From: Slackia heliotrinireducens
Lineage (GTDB): Bacteria; Actinomycetota; Aquicultoria; DYIV01
Assembly (NCBI GenBank): GCA_020723435.1
Contig: DYIV01000001.1
Coordinates: 1-60,261 of the forward strand
DNA length: 60,261 nt
Reading direction: 5' to 3'
Shown: positions 8,462-15,754 of the stretch, piece by piece
Position numbering within the stretch: the first letter of the stretch is position 1
Layout: each line of letters begins with the position of its first letter
Notes under the pieces: model-generated
Told to the model about the DNA's origin: nothing
Seen by the model: only the letters and a program-made list of their open reading frames with translations
Database searches by the model: none
Position numbers and translations under genes: made by a program

Positions 8462-8737
8462 CTAGGCTTCGTCGAGAAGCTTGCGGGCCTCGGCGAAGAC
8501 CTCGTCCATGTCGTGCCCAACACCGGCTTCGATCTCGGTCTCGCCGCGAGCGAGTAGACGCAAGATCTCAAGCTCATGCTGCGTGTGGTCGTACACTTGC
8601 GCACTGACCATCACGGCGGTAGCCCTGCCCCGTTGCGTGATGAAGACGGGCTCGCGACTTCCAGCCGCGCGCTTGATGACGCCGGCAGCATCTTGACGCA
8701 AGTCGGAGATTGGCACGATCTCGGGGACTGCACTCAT
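8462..8737 (-). CDS. type II antitoxin, Phd/YefM family (no intact toxin partner)
   Basis: 91 aa reading MSAVPEIVPISDLRQDAAGVIKRAAGSREPVFITQRGRATAVMVS..., the typical Phd/YefM N-terminal fold signature. The ATG at 8737 follows GGAGG. The longer track ORF (to 8998) overlaps the upstream gene and is rejected. Confidence 0.75.
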   Translation of the reverse strand: MSAVPEIVPISDLRQDAAGVIKRAAGSREPVFITQRGRATAVMVSAQVYDHTQHELEILRLLARGETEIEAGVGHDMDEVFAEARKLLDEA

Positions 8738-8846
8738 TGGTAGTACCTCCTCTTGTAGCGTTACTGGTATCACCAATGGGTCTGTAGGGCCAGCGGCGAC
8801 TGACGTGCGAGATGCGTCAGGATGGCGAGTGACACTCCATCCAACG

Positions 8847-9626
8847 TTACCCCTCACGGGGCCGGTAGATGCGACCCGCGGCCCAGTCGAAGATCGCGCC
8901 GGCGACCTTCTTGAACGGACCGAGGCGCGTCGGATAGTAGTGGTCCGAGTCGAACCAGCCATGGTCGCGGTAGTACACGTAGTCGCGCTTGTCCTCACCG
9001 AGCTGCTGCTTGATGCCGGTCCGGCCCATCCTGAACGCCATGAGCTGGAATAGCGACGGCGTCGCGTCGGTCGGTCTCAGCAGCCGGGCATGGAATCGCC
9101 GGCTCAGCTTGGCGAGCTTCTTCTCCATCTTGGCCAAGGCCTCGTCGGTCATCGGCTCGAGTGTGTTGATGGCGCAGCCCTTCACGACGTTGAATCCCAG
9201 GCCTCCGCCACAGAAGTCCAGGTACTTCACGATCTTGCTTCCGCCGTAGATCCCGTAGACCGAGATCGACGTGGCCGTCTTGCCGTAGAAGCACGGCCGA
9301 TGGAACAGGAATCCCAGCCGGTCAAGGAAGATCTTCATGACCGCGGAAACCTGGAACGAGTAGTTCGGCGACGCGAATACGACTCCGTCCGAGTTAGTGA
9401 TCTTGGCGATCAGCGCGTCGCGGTCGTCCTTGAGCGGGCAGCGCTCCTCGCCTCGCTCGAAACAGACCTTGCAGCCACGACAGACGCCAATGCCGTAGTC
9501 GCTCAAGACCACTATCTCGCCCTCAACATCGCCGAACGACTCGAGATCGTCGAGGAACTTGCGCGCCGCCCTGTGCGTGGCGCCGCCCTTGTGCGGGCTC
9601 CCCATGAACACTGTGACTCCCTTCAT
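8847..9626 (-). CDS. NAD(P)H-dependent FMN reductase / flavodoxin-like (iron-sulfur flavoprotein-like) oxidoreductase
   Basis: VFMGSPHKGGATH...CRGCKVCF...CPLKDD...DGVVFASPNYSFQVSAVMKIFLDR is the flavodoxin-like fold signature with a compact Cys motif. The start is at ATG 9626 behind AAGGTGG. Confidence 0.75.
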   Translation of the reverse strand: MKGVTVFMGSPHKGGATHRAARKFLDDLESFGDVEGEIVVLSDYGIGVCRGCKVCFERGEERCPLKDDRDALIAKITNSDGVVFASPNYSFQVSAVMKIFLDRLGFLFHRPCFYGKTATSISVYGIYGGSKIVKYLDFCGGGLGFNVVKGCAINTLEPMTDEALAKMEKKLAKLSRRFHARLLRPTDATPSLFQLMAFRMGRTGIKQQLGEDKRDYVYYRDHGWFDSDHYYPTRLGPFKKVAGAIFDWAAGRIYRPREG

Positions 9627-9657
9627 CACACCCACCTTCCCCATTGGGGGCCGGCCC

Positions 9658-9864
9658 CTACGAGCCGAACCCCCACGGGAAGCCCGCGTACCTTCCCCAC
9701 ATCGCGAAACCGAGGAATCCGAAACCGGCGATGGCCATGAGCGCGGCGAGGATGCCCAGCAGCCAGCCTACCCAACCTCCCCAGCGAATCGCGAAGACCG
9801 CGCCGACGAGCGCAAGCGCGCCGATCACTCCGAAGCCCCCCACCATGCAGTTCGGCACGGCCAT
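9658..9864 (-). CDS. hypothetical small membrane protein (two Gly/Ala/Trp-rich TM helices)
   Basis: 68 aa, almost entirely hydrophobic (GGFGVIGALALVGAVFAI...GWLLGILAALMAIAGFGFLGFAMW). It sits co-directionally between two genes of the TetR-divergent operon. The RBS is weak. Confidence 0.45.
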   Translation of the reverse strand: MAVPNCMVGGFGVIGALALVGAVFAIRWGGWVGWLLGILAALMAIAGFGFLGFAMWGRYAGFPWGFGS

Positions 9865-9927
9865 GAGCCCGACCGGGACCTGCTGTGTCGTTCCTGAGGC
9901 GCCACGCGCCTCCAGCTTGAGGTCGCT

Positions 9928-10137
9928 TCAGTAGAACAGGGGGCCCGCCACGTCGACGGCGACGTCGGCCTCGACTCCGTCACCGACGCGTCGCATGTCA
10001 GTGATACGGACCTTGAGCCCGTCCTCACACTCCTTAGGCACGACCAACTCGGTTGCGCCGTTCGCCTTGACGGCGTAGTTGAGGGTCGTTCCCTCCCAGC
10101 CAAAACGCGAGGCCGGACGTGTCGTAGTCTTCATCAT
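9928..10137 (-). CDS. hypothetical small soluble protein (69 aa), first gene divergent from tetR
   Basis: The start is at ATGATG 10132-10137 behind GGGAGAGGA. The 254-aa track ORF upstream of this is antisense to tetR and is rejected. Confidence 0.5.
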   Translation of the reverse strand: MMKTTTRPASRFGWEGTTLNYAVKANGATELVVPKECEDGLKVRITDMRRVGDGVEADVAVDVAGPLFY

Positions 10138-10180
10138 CTTGATCCTCTCCCTTCCCCCGCGATAGCTTGACCGCGGAACC

Positions 10181-10230
10181 TTTACGGCGTATACTTTACG
10201 CCGTAAGTCTATACCCTTACACCGTAAAGT
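10181..10230. promoter_or_regulatory. putative TetR operator(s) in the divergent intergenic region
   Basis: TTACGGCGTA-TACTT-TACGCCGTAA is a perfect 10-bp inverted repeat. A third related half-site, CTTACACCGTAAAG, follows about 10 nt downstream. The site lies between tetR and the divergent small-protein operon. Confidence 0.45.
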
Positions 10231-10263
10231 CAAGCCCCTCTTTGAAGGAAAGGTCGAAAGAAG

Positions 10264-10923
10264 ATGACACCGCATCAGAGCAAGTCGGGCCGCGAGCCGC
10301 TGACCCGGGAGAAGATCGTTGAGAAAGCCATCGAGCTGCTCGACGCCGAGGGCGTGGAAGGAATCAGCATGCGTCACTTGGGTGAGGCGCTGGGGGTCGA
10401 GGCGATGGCGCTGTATCATCACTTCCCCAACAAGGACGCGATACTGGACGCTGTGGTCACCAGGATCATCGAGGAGACGGCGCCCGAGCCGATTGGTGAT
10501 CTGGGAAGCGCATTGGCGGAGGGGGACTGGAAGTCGGTGATGCTTTCCGGGCCCGCCGGCGCCGGTCGCGTGCTGGAGGCCCATCCAAAGGCCGGCTGGC
10601 TCTTCCTGGGGCGGCAATACAGCACCGCGCAGTCGCTGGGGATGCTCGAGGCGCCGCTTCAGATCCTGCACTCCGTCGGCTTTCGCGGGCAAGAGCTAGT
10701 GGACGCGGCGCACGCGGTCTTCGCCTACGTCGCTGGGTGGTACGTTCTCACCTCGGGCCAAGGGGGCTCGTGGAGCGGGCCCGAGGAGGATGCCATCGCG
10801 GCCGCGCCGGAGGCCGCACCTCTGGCTGCGTCGCTCGCGGGCGAGCTGCGCGACTGGAGCCGCGGAATGGAGGACGGGCTGATGGCGCTGCTCGACGGGC
10901 TGGAGGCACGACGCGGAAAGTAG
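10264..10923 (+). CDS. TetR/AcrR family transcriptional regulator
   Basis: N-terminal HTH region REKIVEKAIELLDAEGVEGISMRHLGEALGVEAMALYHHFPNKDAILDAV. Confidence 0.85.
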   Translation: MTPHQSKSGREPLTREKIVEKAIELLDAEGVEGISMRHLGEALGVEAMALYHHFPNKDAILDAVVTRIIEETAPEPIGDLGSALAEGDWKSVMLSGPAGAGRVLEAHPKAGWLFLGRQYSTAQSLGMLEAPLQILHSVGFRGQELVDAAHAVFAYVAGWYVLTSGQGGSWSGPEEDAIAAAPEAAPLAASLAGELRDWSRGMEDGLMALLDGLEARRGK

Positions 10924-10960
10924 GCGGCGGGGGTCGGTGCTCCCGCGTCACAAAGACGCC

Positions 10961-11374
10961 TCACTGGGACTCCGCCCACGACTCCACCTGGAGTCCCGGG
11001 ACTCGCTCAAAGTCCCTGACGTTGGCAGTAATCATGGTCAGCCCGTGCGCGATGCACGTCGCCGCCAACCACAAGTCGTTCGGTCCGATCAGCGCGCCGG
11101 CCGCAGCCAGCTCAGCCCACACCTGGGCGTGCGCACGCGCGGTAGGCAAGTCGATTGGCAGTATCGGGAAGCGTTCGAGTATGCCTTCAACGAATGCGGA
11201 TCGTCGTGCCCGCTGTCGTGCCTGGGTGGCACGATGAACCCCATGAAGCAGCTCGCTGGCGGTAACAACAGACAAGAACGAATCCTCGTCCTGTCGGCTG
11301 GCCACGTGTCGTTCCAGATCGAGTTGCCCTCTTTCGGCCTCGATCAGGATGCTGGCGTCGACTAGGACCGCCAC
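10961..11374 (-). CDS. vapC: type II toxin VapC (PIN-domain ribonuclease)
   Basis: MAVLVDASILIEAERG...SVVTASELLHG...GPNDLWLAATCIAHGLTMITANVRDF carries the PIN acidic residues and the usual C-terminal T.N..DF motif. Confidence 0.85.
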   Translation of the reverse strand: MAVLVDASILIEAERGQLDLERHVASRQDEDSFLSVVTASELLHGVHRATQARQRARRSAFVEGILERFPILPIDLPTARAHAQVWAELAAAGALIGPNDLWLAATCIAHGLTMITANVRDFERVPGLQVESWAESQ

Positions 11375-11640
11375 GGATCACGAACCTCCGTGCGAGCCAG
11401 CTCCTCACGTGCGGAATCGATGTCAGCCGCAAGTTCTCCGGCTTCATCGGTAGACAGGTGGGGCAGCGACGCAAACAGCCCCGGCAACTCAGACAGCCGT
11501 CGACCGGTGGGAAGAGGTCGAAGTTCTGCGATAGCCTTCTTGCCTCGCACGAGTACAAATGATTCTCTCCGATAGGCAACTCGGTTCACATACTCAGCGA
11601 AGTGACGAACCACCTCAGTCACGGTGAGCGTCTCAGCCAT
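11362..11640 (-). CDS. type II antitoxin (Phd/YefM-like) paired with VapC
   Basis: 92 aa reading TLTVTEVVRHFAEYVNRVAYRRESFVLVRGKKAIAELRP. It overlaps vapC by 13 nt. Confidence 0.8.
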   Translation of the reverse strand: MAETLTVTEVVRHFAEYVNRVAYRRESFVLVRGKKAIAELRPLPTGRRLSELPGLFASLPHLSTDEAGELAADIDSAREELARTEVRDPWRS

Positions 11641-11666
11641 CCGCTTCTCCTTTCCGGTCTGATAAT

Positions 11667-11685
11667 CATATTACATGATAATATG
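11667..11685. promoter_or_regulatory. AT-rich palindrome upstream of the antitoxin-vapC operon (likely autoregulatory operator/promoter)
   Basis: CATATTA-CATGA-TAATATG is a perfect 7-bp inverted repeat embedded in TGATAAT...TGATAAT, about 27 nt upstream of the antitoxin start. It is the only AT-rich patch in this neighbourhood. Confidence 0.4.
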
Positions 11686-11769
11686 TGAAACCGCCAGGAC
11701 CTCCTCGTCGCCAGGATGCCAAAGGAAGTACTCGCAGTAGCGCTCGGACGTGATGGGCGGCACCCGCGG

Positions 11770-11900
11770 CTACTTCGAATCAGCCTGCGCCGCCGGAAGA
11801 AGTTCGCTGGGGCTGAAGACCGGGAGCTGCGAGCGTGCGAGGCCCTTGGCATCGCGAGTCACGATCGCCGTCGCCCCGTCTCTGCGTGCCGCCTCGTTCC
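11770..11900 (-). pseudogene. possible C-terminal remnant of a PIN_3-type (TIGR00305-like) toxin
   Basis: The minus-strand frame ends ...EAARRDGATAIVTRDAKGLARSQLPVFSPSELL..., resembling the A..lVT.D.dl......v.i.sP.efl ending of PIN_3 proteins. The upstream part of the frame shows no PIN features. Confidence 0.3.
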
Positions 11901-12071
11901 TCGGGGGTGGCGTGCTTGCTCGATCAAGTCCGCCGAACGACCCCTGTCCGGGCGCACGAGGCAAGCGGTTCGATTATGCCACAGAGTTAGGACACGTCCG
12001 GTCGGCACGGCTGGGCGATTCTGGACCGACACTGCAGGACACACCCTCGACCTCGGCGATCCTATAGCCCA

Positions 12072-12112
12072 ACCACAAAGCAGGACCGAGGCGTGTCCTC
12101 GATCCTGCTCGT
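12072..12112 (-). terminator. intrinsic terminator downstream of ssrA
   Basis: The minus sense reads AGCAGGATCGAGG-ACACG-CCTCGGTCCTGCT followed by TTTGTGGTT. Confidence 0.5.
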
Positions 12113-12117
12113 CTCAT

Positions 12118-12472
12118 TGGTGGAGGCGGGGGGAATCGAACCCCCGTCCGCAGGTACATCCGCGGAAGCATCTACAGGCTTAGCCGACGTATTGGCATCT
12201 CGCGATCGGGTCGCCCATCGGCGGGCTTTCCTTCTCGCCAGCCCTGTAAGGTTTCCCGAGCGCCTTACGGGCGTGGGGTGCTCGGTAGCCCACTCGCGAC
12301 GCCGCATCCGAGGCCGTGGGCGTTCCCCGGGCGACGCGCTGCGCTAATTAGGCAGCGAGTGCGTATTCAGAATCTGCGCTTAGATTTAGCGCTCCGCCGT
12401 TTTATCGAGCGAGCGGAAATCCTCGGCCTGCTTCTTCCGTATCAACTACCCCCGTCGAAGCCTGACGCCCCC
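12118..12472 (-). ncRNA. ssrA: tmRNA (transfer-messenger RNA)
   Basis: The 5' end is GGGGGCGUCAGGCUUCGACGGGGG. The 3' end is ...GGACGGGGGUUCGAUUCCCCCCGCCUCCACCA, i.e. tRNA-Ala-like acceptor/T-arm. The internal tag frame is ...LNLSADSEYALAA-TAA. It sits immediately downstream of smpB. Confidence 0.9.
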
Positions 12473-12509
12473 TCGTGTCTCGGGGGACATGATGCAACCG
12501 TGTCCCCGT

Positions 12510-12968
12510 CTACTTCTGCCGTTCACGCAAAGCTCTGTCTATGTCTCTTTTCGCGTCACGATCGGCGATGGCGCGGCGTTTGTCGTATCTTGCCTTGCCC
12601 CGCGCCAGTGCCAGCTCGACTTTGGCCACGTTGCCTTTGAAGTAGATGCGCAGCGGCACGAGAGTGAGTCCTCGCTCCGCGACTTTGCCCATCAGGCGCT
12701 TGATCTCCGCCTTGTGCAGCAGGAGCTTGCGTATCCGTCTCGGCTCGTGGTTGGCGATGTTGCCATGGCTGTACGGACTGATATGGGTGTTGTGAAGGTA
12801 CAACTCGTCGCCCTTGACGCGCGCGAAGCTGTCTCTCAGATTCGCGCGACCGACCCGCAGCGACTTGACCTCAGTCCCCTGCAGGACGATTCCCGCCTCG
12901 TAGACCTCCTCGATCTCGTAGTCGTGGTAGGCCTTGCGATTGGTGGCGACGACCTTTTCATCAGGCAT
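12510..12968 (-). CDS. smpB: SsrA-binding protein SmpB
   Basis: NRKAYHDYEIEE..EAGIVLQGTEVKSLR...LYLHN.HISPY...RKLLLHK.EI are canonical SmpB blocks. Confidence 0.95.
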   Translation of the reverse strand: MPDEKVVATNRKAYHDYEIEEVYEAGIVLQGTEVKSLRVGRANLRDSFARVKGDELYLHNTHISPYSHGNIANHEPRRIRKLLLHKAEIKRLMGKVAERGLTLVPLRIYFKGNVAKVELALARGKARYDKRRAIADRDAKRDIDRALRERQK

Positions 12969-12986
12969 TACTCATCTACCATTCTA

Positions 12987-15197
12987 TCACGTCCGGCAGG
13001 CCCTCCGGCCGCCGCGATCCGGCTCGATGCCCTCAATGAGCAGATCGAGCCGGCGCTCGCCGACAACCACGTTCACCAGCTTGACGCGCAGCTGCTGACC
13101 CAAGCGGTAGACTCTACCGCTTCGCTCCCCTCGGAGCAAGAACCGCTCCGGCTCGTGCTGGTAGTAGTCATCGGTCAGGTCGCGGATGTGAACCAGGCCC
13201 TCGACGGTATTTGGAAGCTGCACGAAGAGGCCGAAGCTGACGACCCCGGTTACGATGCCGTCGAAGGTCTCGCCGAGGTGGCCCTGCATCAGCTCGCAGA
13301 TCTTGACCGTCTCCGACTCCCGCTCCGCCTCATCGGCCTCGCGTTCGGCCAGAGAGCTGAGCTCGGCCACGCCTTCAAGATCGTCGAAGAGCTCACCCGG
13401 CGCCTGCTTGCCGTGCGCCAGCAGCGCCTTGAGCAGGTGATGGACGACCAGATCGGGATAGCGGCGGATCGGCGAGGTGAAATGCGTGTAACAGGCCGAA
13501 GCCAGGCCGAAGTGCGGCGACAGCGCCGGGCAATACACCGCCTGCTTCATGCTTCGAAGCAGTAACTGGTTGATGAGCAGCTTCTCCGGCCTCTTGTGGG
13601 CAAAGCGGATGACGGCCTGATAGACACGCGGATCGCCCCCGGCCAGGCTCTTGACCGGGTAGTTGAGCTCATCGAGGATGACGCCCAGCTCGGCGATGGT
13701 CTCGGCATCAGGCTCGTCGTGAATCCGGTAGATCATCGGCGAGCGATGCTCGTGCATGAAGCCGGCGATCGTCTCGTTCGTCAGGATCATCGCCTCTTCG
13801 ATGATCTTGGTGGCCGGTGTCGGCACGCGCAGCTTGACGTCGAGCGGACGACCGTCCTCATCGAGGATGACCTGCGGCTCGACCGTCTCGAACTCCAGAC
13901 TCCCCCGCTCCAGGCGCCTGCGATCCAGCACGTGCATCAGATCGAGCAGATCGGTGATGTAGGTTCGAAGCGTCTCGTCGGGGTAGGCGTCCTTCTCGAT
14001 CCACTCGTCGACCTCTTCGTAGGTCAAGCGCCGATCGCTTCGGATGATGGAAGGGCCGATCTCGAGGTGCTCGGCTTGGCCGCCCCCTGCGCCGTCACGC
14101 TTGGCACCGCCGTGGTCGGCGCTTCCCCCGGCCCAGACGATCATCCTCACCGAGACGGCGAGCCGGTCGACACCGGGCTTGAGGCTGCAGATGCCGTTGG
14201 ACAGCCGTTCAGGCAACATCGGTAGCACGCGATCTACCAGGTAGACGCTGGTGCCGCGCACGGCCGCTTCTTGCTGGATCGGACCACGTAGCGGCGTGTA
14301 GTGAGAGACATCGGCGATGTGAACCGTGAGCACGAACTTGTCGCCGTCACGCTCGATGGAGATGGCGTCGTCGAAGTCCTTGGCGTCGGCGCCGTCGATG
14401 GTGCAGGTCAATAGGTCGCGGTAGTCGCGCCTGCCGTCCGCAACAGCGTCGGTCTCGATCACGTCGGTCGGAATGGCCGCCGCCGCCTCGAGCACCTCCG
14501 GCGGAAACTCCGTGCGCAGCCCGTGGTTGCGGACGATCACCTCAATCTCGATGTTCGGATCGGACTCATGGCCTATGACTTGAACGATCTCGCCGGCCGG
14601 ATCGCGGCGGCCGTCCGGGAAGCGGTCGATGCGCACGACGACCATGTCGCCGGTGCGGGCGCCGGAGCGCATATGCCTCCCCACCACGACGCAGTAGTTG
14701 ATCCGAGCGTCGGCCGGCACCACCTGGCCGATCTTGCCGAGCTTCTCGTAGCGCCCGACGAGCGTTTCGTGGGCACGCTCGAGGACGTGCACAACCTCGC
14801 CGGAGTCGCCTCCCCAGCGCGAGGTGCGCAGCAGCCGCGCCTCCACAGTGTCGCCGTGCATCGCGCCGGCCATTCGCTGCGCCGAGACGTACACGTCGGG
14901 ACCGTCGGGGCGCGCCACGAATCCGAAGCCCCGCCGAGTGACGGAGATTCTGCCGGTGACCGTCCCCTCCGGCCGCGCCAGGCGGTACGCGCCTTTGCGC
15001 GTGCGCTCAACGCGTCCGGTGAAGACGAGATCGTCCAGCGTGCGCCGGATGTCGCCGGGCTCTAGGCCGTGTTGTCCCACGGACCTGAGAACCTGCTCCT
15101 CTGTCCGAGGTCGGGCGCCCTGGGTCGCAAGCAGATCGACTATGTGTGCGGCCATTCTTTCGTCCATGGCATCAATATTGACAGTGTTATAATGCAC
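12987..15197 (-). CDS. rnr: ribonuclease R
   Basis: 736 aa. It has an RNB catalytic region (TIDGADAKDFDDAISIE), N-terminal cold-shock-like domains (RGFGFV) and a C-terminal S1 domain (GIVTGVVSFGLFVQL). It follows the usual smpB-rnr neighbourhood. Confidence 0.9.
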   Translation of the reverse strand: MHYNTVNIDAMDERMAAHIVDLLATQGARPRTEEQVLRSVGQHGLEPGDIRRTLDDLVFTGRVERTRKGAYRLARPEGTVTGRISVTRRGFGFVARPDGPDVYVSAQRMAGAMHGDTVEARLLRTSRWGGDSGEVVHVLERAHETLVGRYEKLGKIGQVVPADARINYCVVVGRHMRSGARTGDMVVVRIDRFPDGRRDPAGEIVQVIGHESDPNIEIEVIVRNHGLRTEFPPEVLEAAAAIPTDVIETDAVADGRRDYRDLLTCTIDGADAKDFDDAISIERDGDKFVLTVHIADVSHYTPLRGPIQQEAAVRGTSVYLVDRVLPMLPERLSNGICSLKPGVDRLAVSVRMIVWAGGSADHGGAKRDGAGGGQAEHLEIGPSIIRSDRRLTYEEVDEWIEKDAYPDETLRTYITDLLDLMHVLDRRRLERGSLEFETVEPQVILDEDGRPLDVKLRVPTPATKIIEEAMILTNETIAGFMHEHRSPMIYRIHDEPDAETIAELGVILDELNYPVKSLAGGDPRVYQAVIRFAHKRPEKLLINQLLLRSMKQAVYCPALSPHFGLASACYTHFTSPIRRYPDLVVHHLLKALLAHGKQAPGELFDDLEGVAELSSLAEREADEAERESETVKICELMQGHLGETFDGIVTGVVSFGLFVQLPNTVEGLVHIRDLTDDYYQHEPERFLLRGERSGRVYRLGQQLRVKLVNVVVGERRLDLLIEGIEPDRGGRRACRT

Positions 15198-15231
15198 GTG
15201 TCGATGAGAGCCAGTCTCGAAGGAGCCTCAG

Positions 15232-15663
15232 ATGAGTGAACGCAGGCCGAAGTCCACTCCCCCCTGCATAATCAACGAGGGTACGGTCTTTCGCAAGAAG
15301 GACATGCTGCGTGCGCTGGAGACGTTGGACACCGTTCGGTTCGAGCAGATCGTAGACGGCCGAATGATCTCCTGCGGCCGCGCCGTGATCGCCGGCATCT
15401 TCGCCAGCCGCAGTTCCGCGACGCTGCTGGTCAATTCCTACGTGTATCTGAACATCAACAGCTTCGACTACCTGAGGTTCTACATCAGCCGAGGCGGAGA
15501 GACGGTCGTGGAGCTCACGAGCGATTCCATGCTGCTGAGGCTGACTGCCGTCGAGTCCGAGGCCACACCGCCGTGCAAGCTGGAGCGCCGCATGTACGGT
15601 GAGGAGCGCTACGACGAGGAGACCTACGTCCTGCTCGACGAAGAGTCGGAGGACGAGGAGTGA
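15232..15663 (+). CDS. hypothetical protein with acidic C-terminal tail (no recognisable family)
   Basis: 143 aa. AAGGAG lies 7 nt upstream of the ATG. It ends ...EERYDEETYVLLDEESEDEE. It is one of very few plus-strand genes in the window. Confidence 0.55.
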   Translation: MSERRPKSTPPCIINEGTVFRKKDMLRALETLDTVRFEQIVDGRMISCGRAVIAGIFASRSSATLLVNSYVYLNINSFDYLRFYISRGGETVVELTSDSMLLRLTAVESEATPPCKLERRMYGEERYDEETYVLLDEESEDEE

Positions 15664-15754
15664 AATAGGGGGACACCACACCTATTTCGGAGACGGGCCC
15701 ACGCGGGCAAGTCGGGAGGCACGTGACGAAATAGGTGTGGTGTCCCCCTATTTC
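15662..15754. repeat. perfect 28-bp inverted repeat (arms 15662-15689 and 15727-15754, 37-nt spacer) built from the dispersed GGGGACACCACACCTATT motif
   Basis: The left arm is GAAATAGGGGGACACCACACCTATTTCG and the right arm is its exact reverse complement. Each arm is also internally self-complementary (GAAATAGG...CCTATTTC). It lies between convergent genes and covers the ctpA stop codon. Confidence 0.9.

Noticed and set aside
11967-11975. GGTTCGATT, a T-loop-like string that might indicate a tRNA or a duplicated ssrA end (att site) near the tmRNA gene.
   Set aside because: The flanking bases do not form a T-stem or an acceptor stem. The surrounding sequence also does not match the ssrA 3' end beyond this short string.
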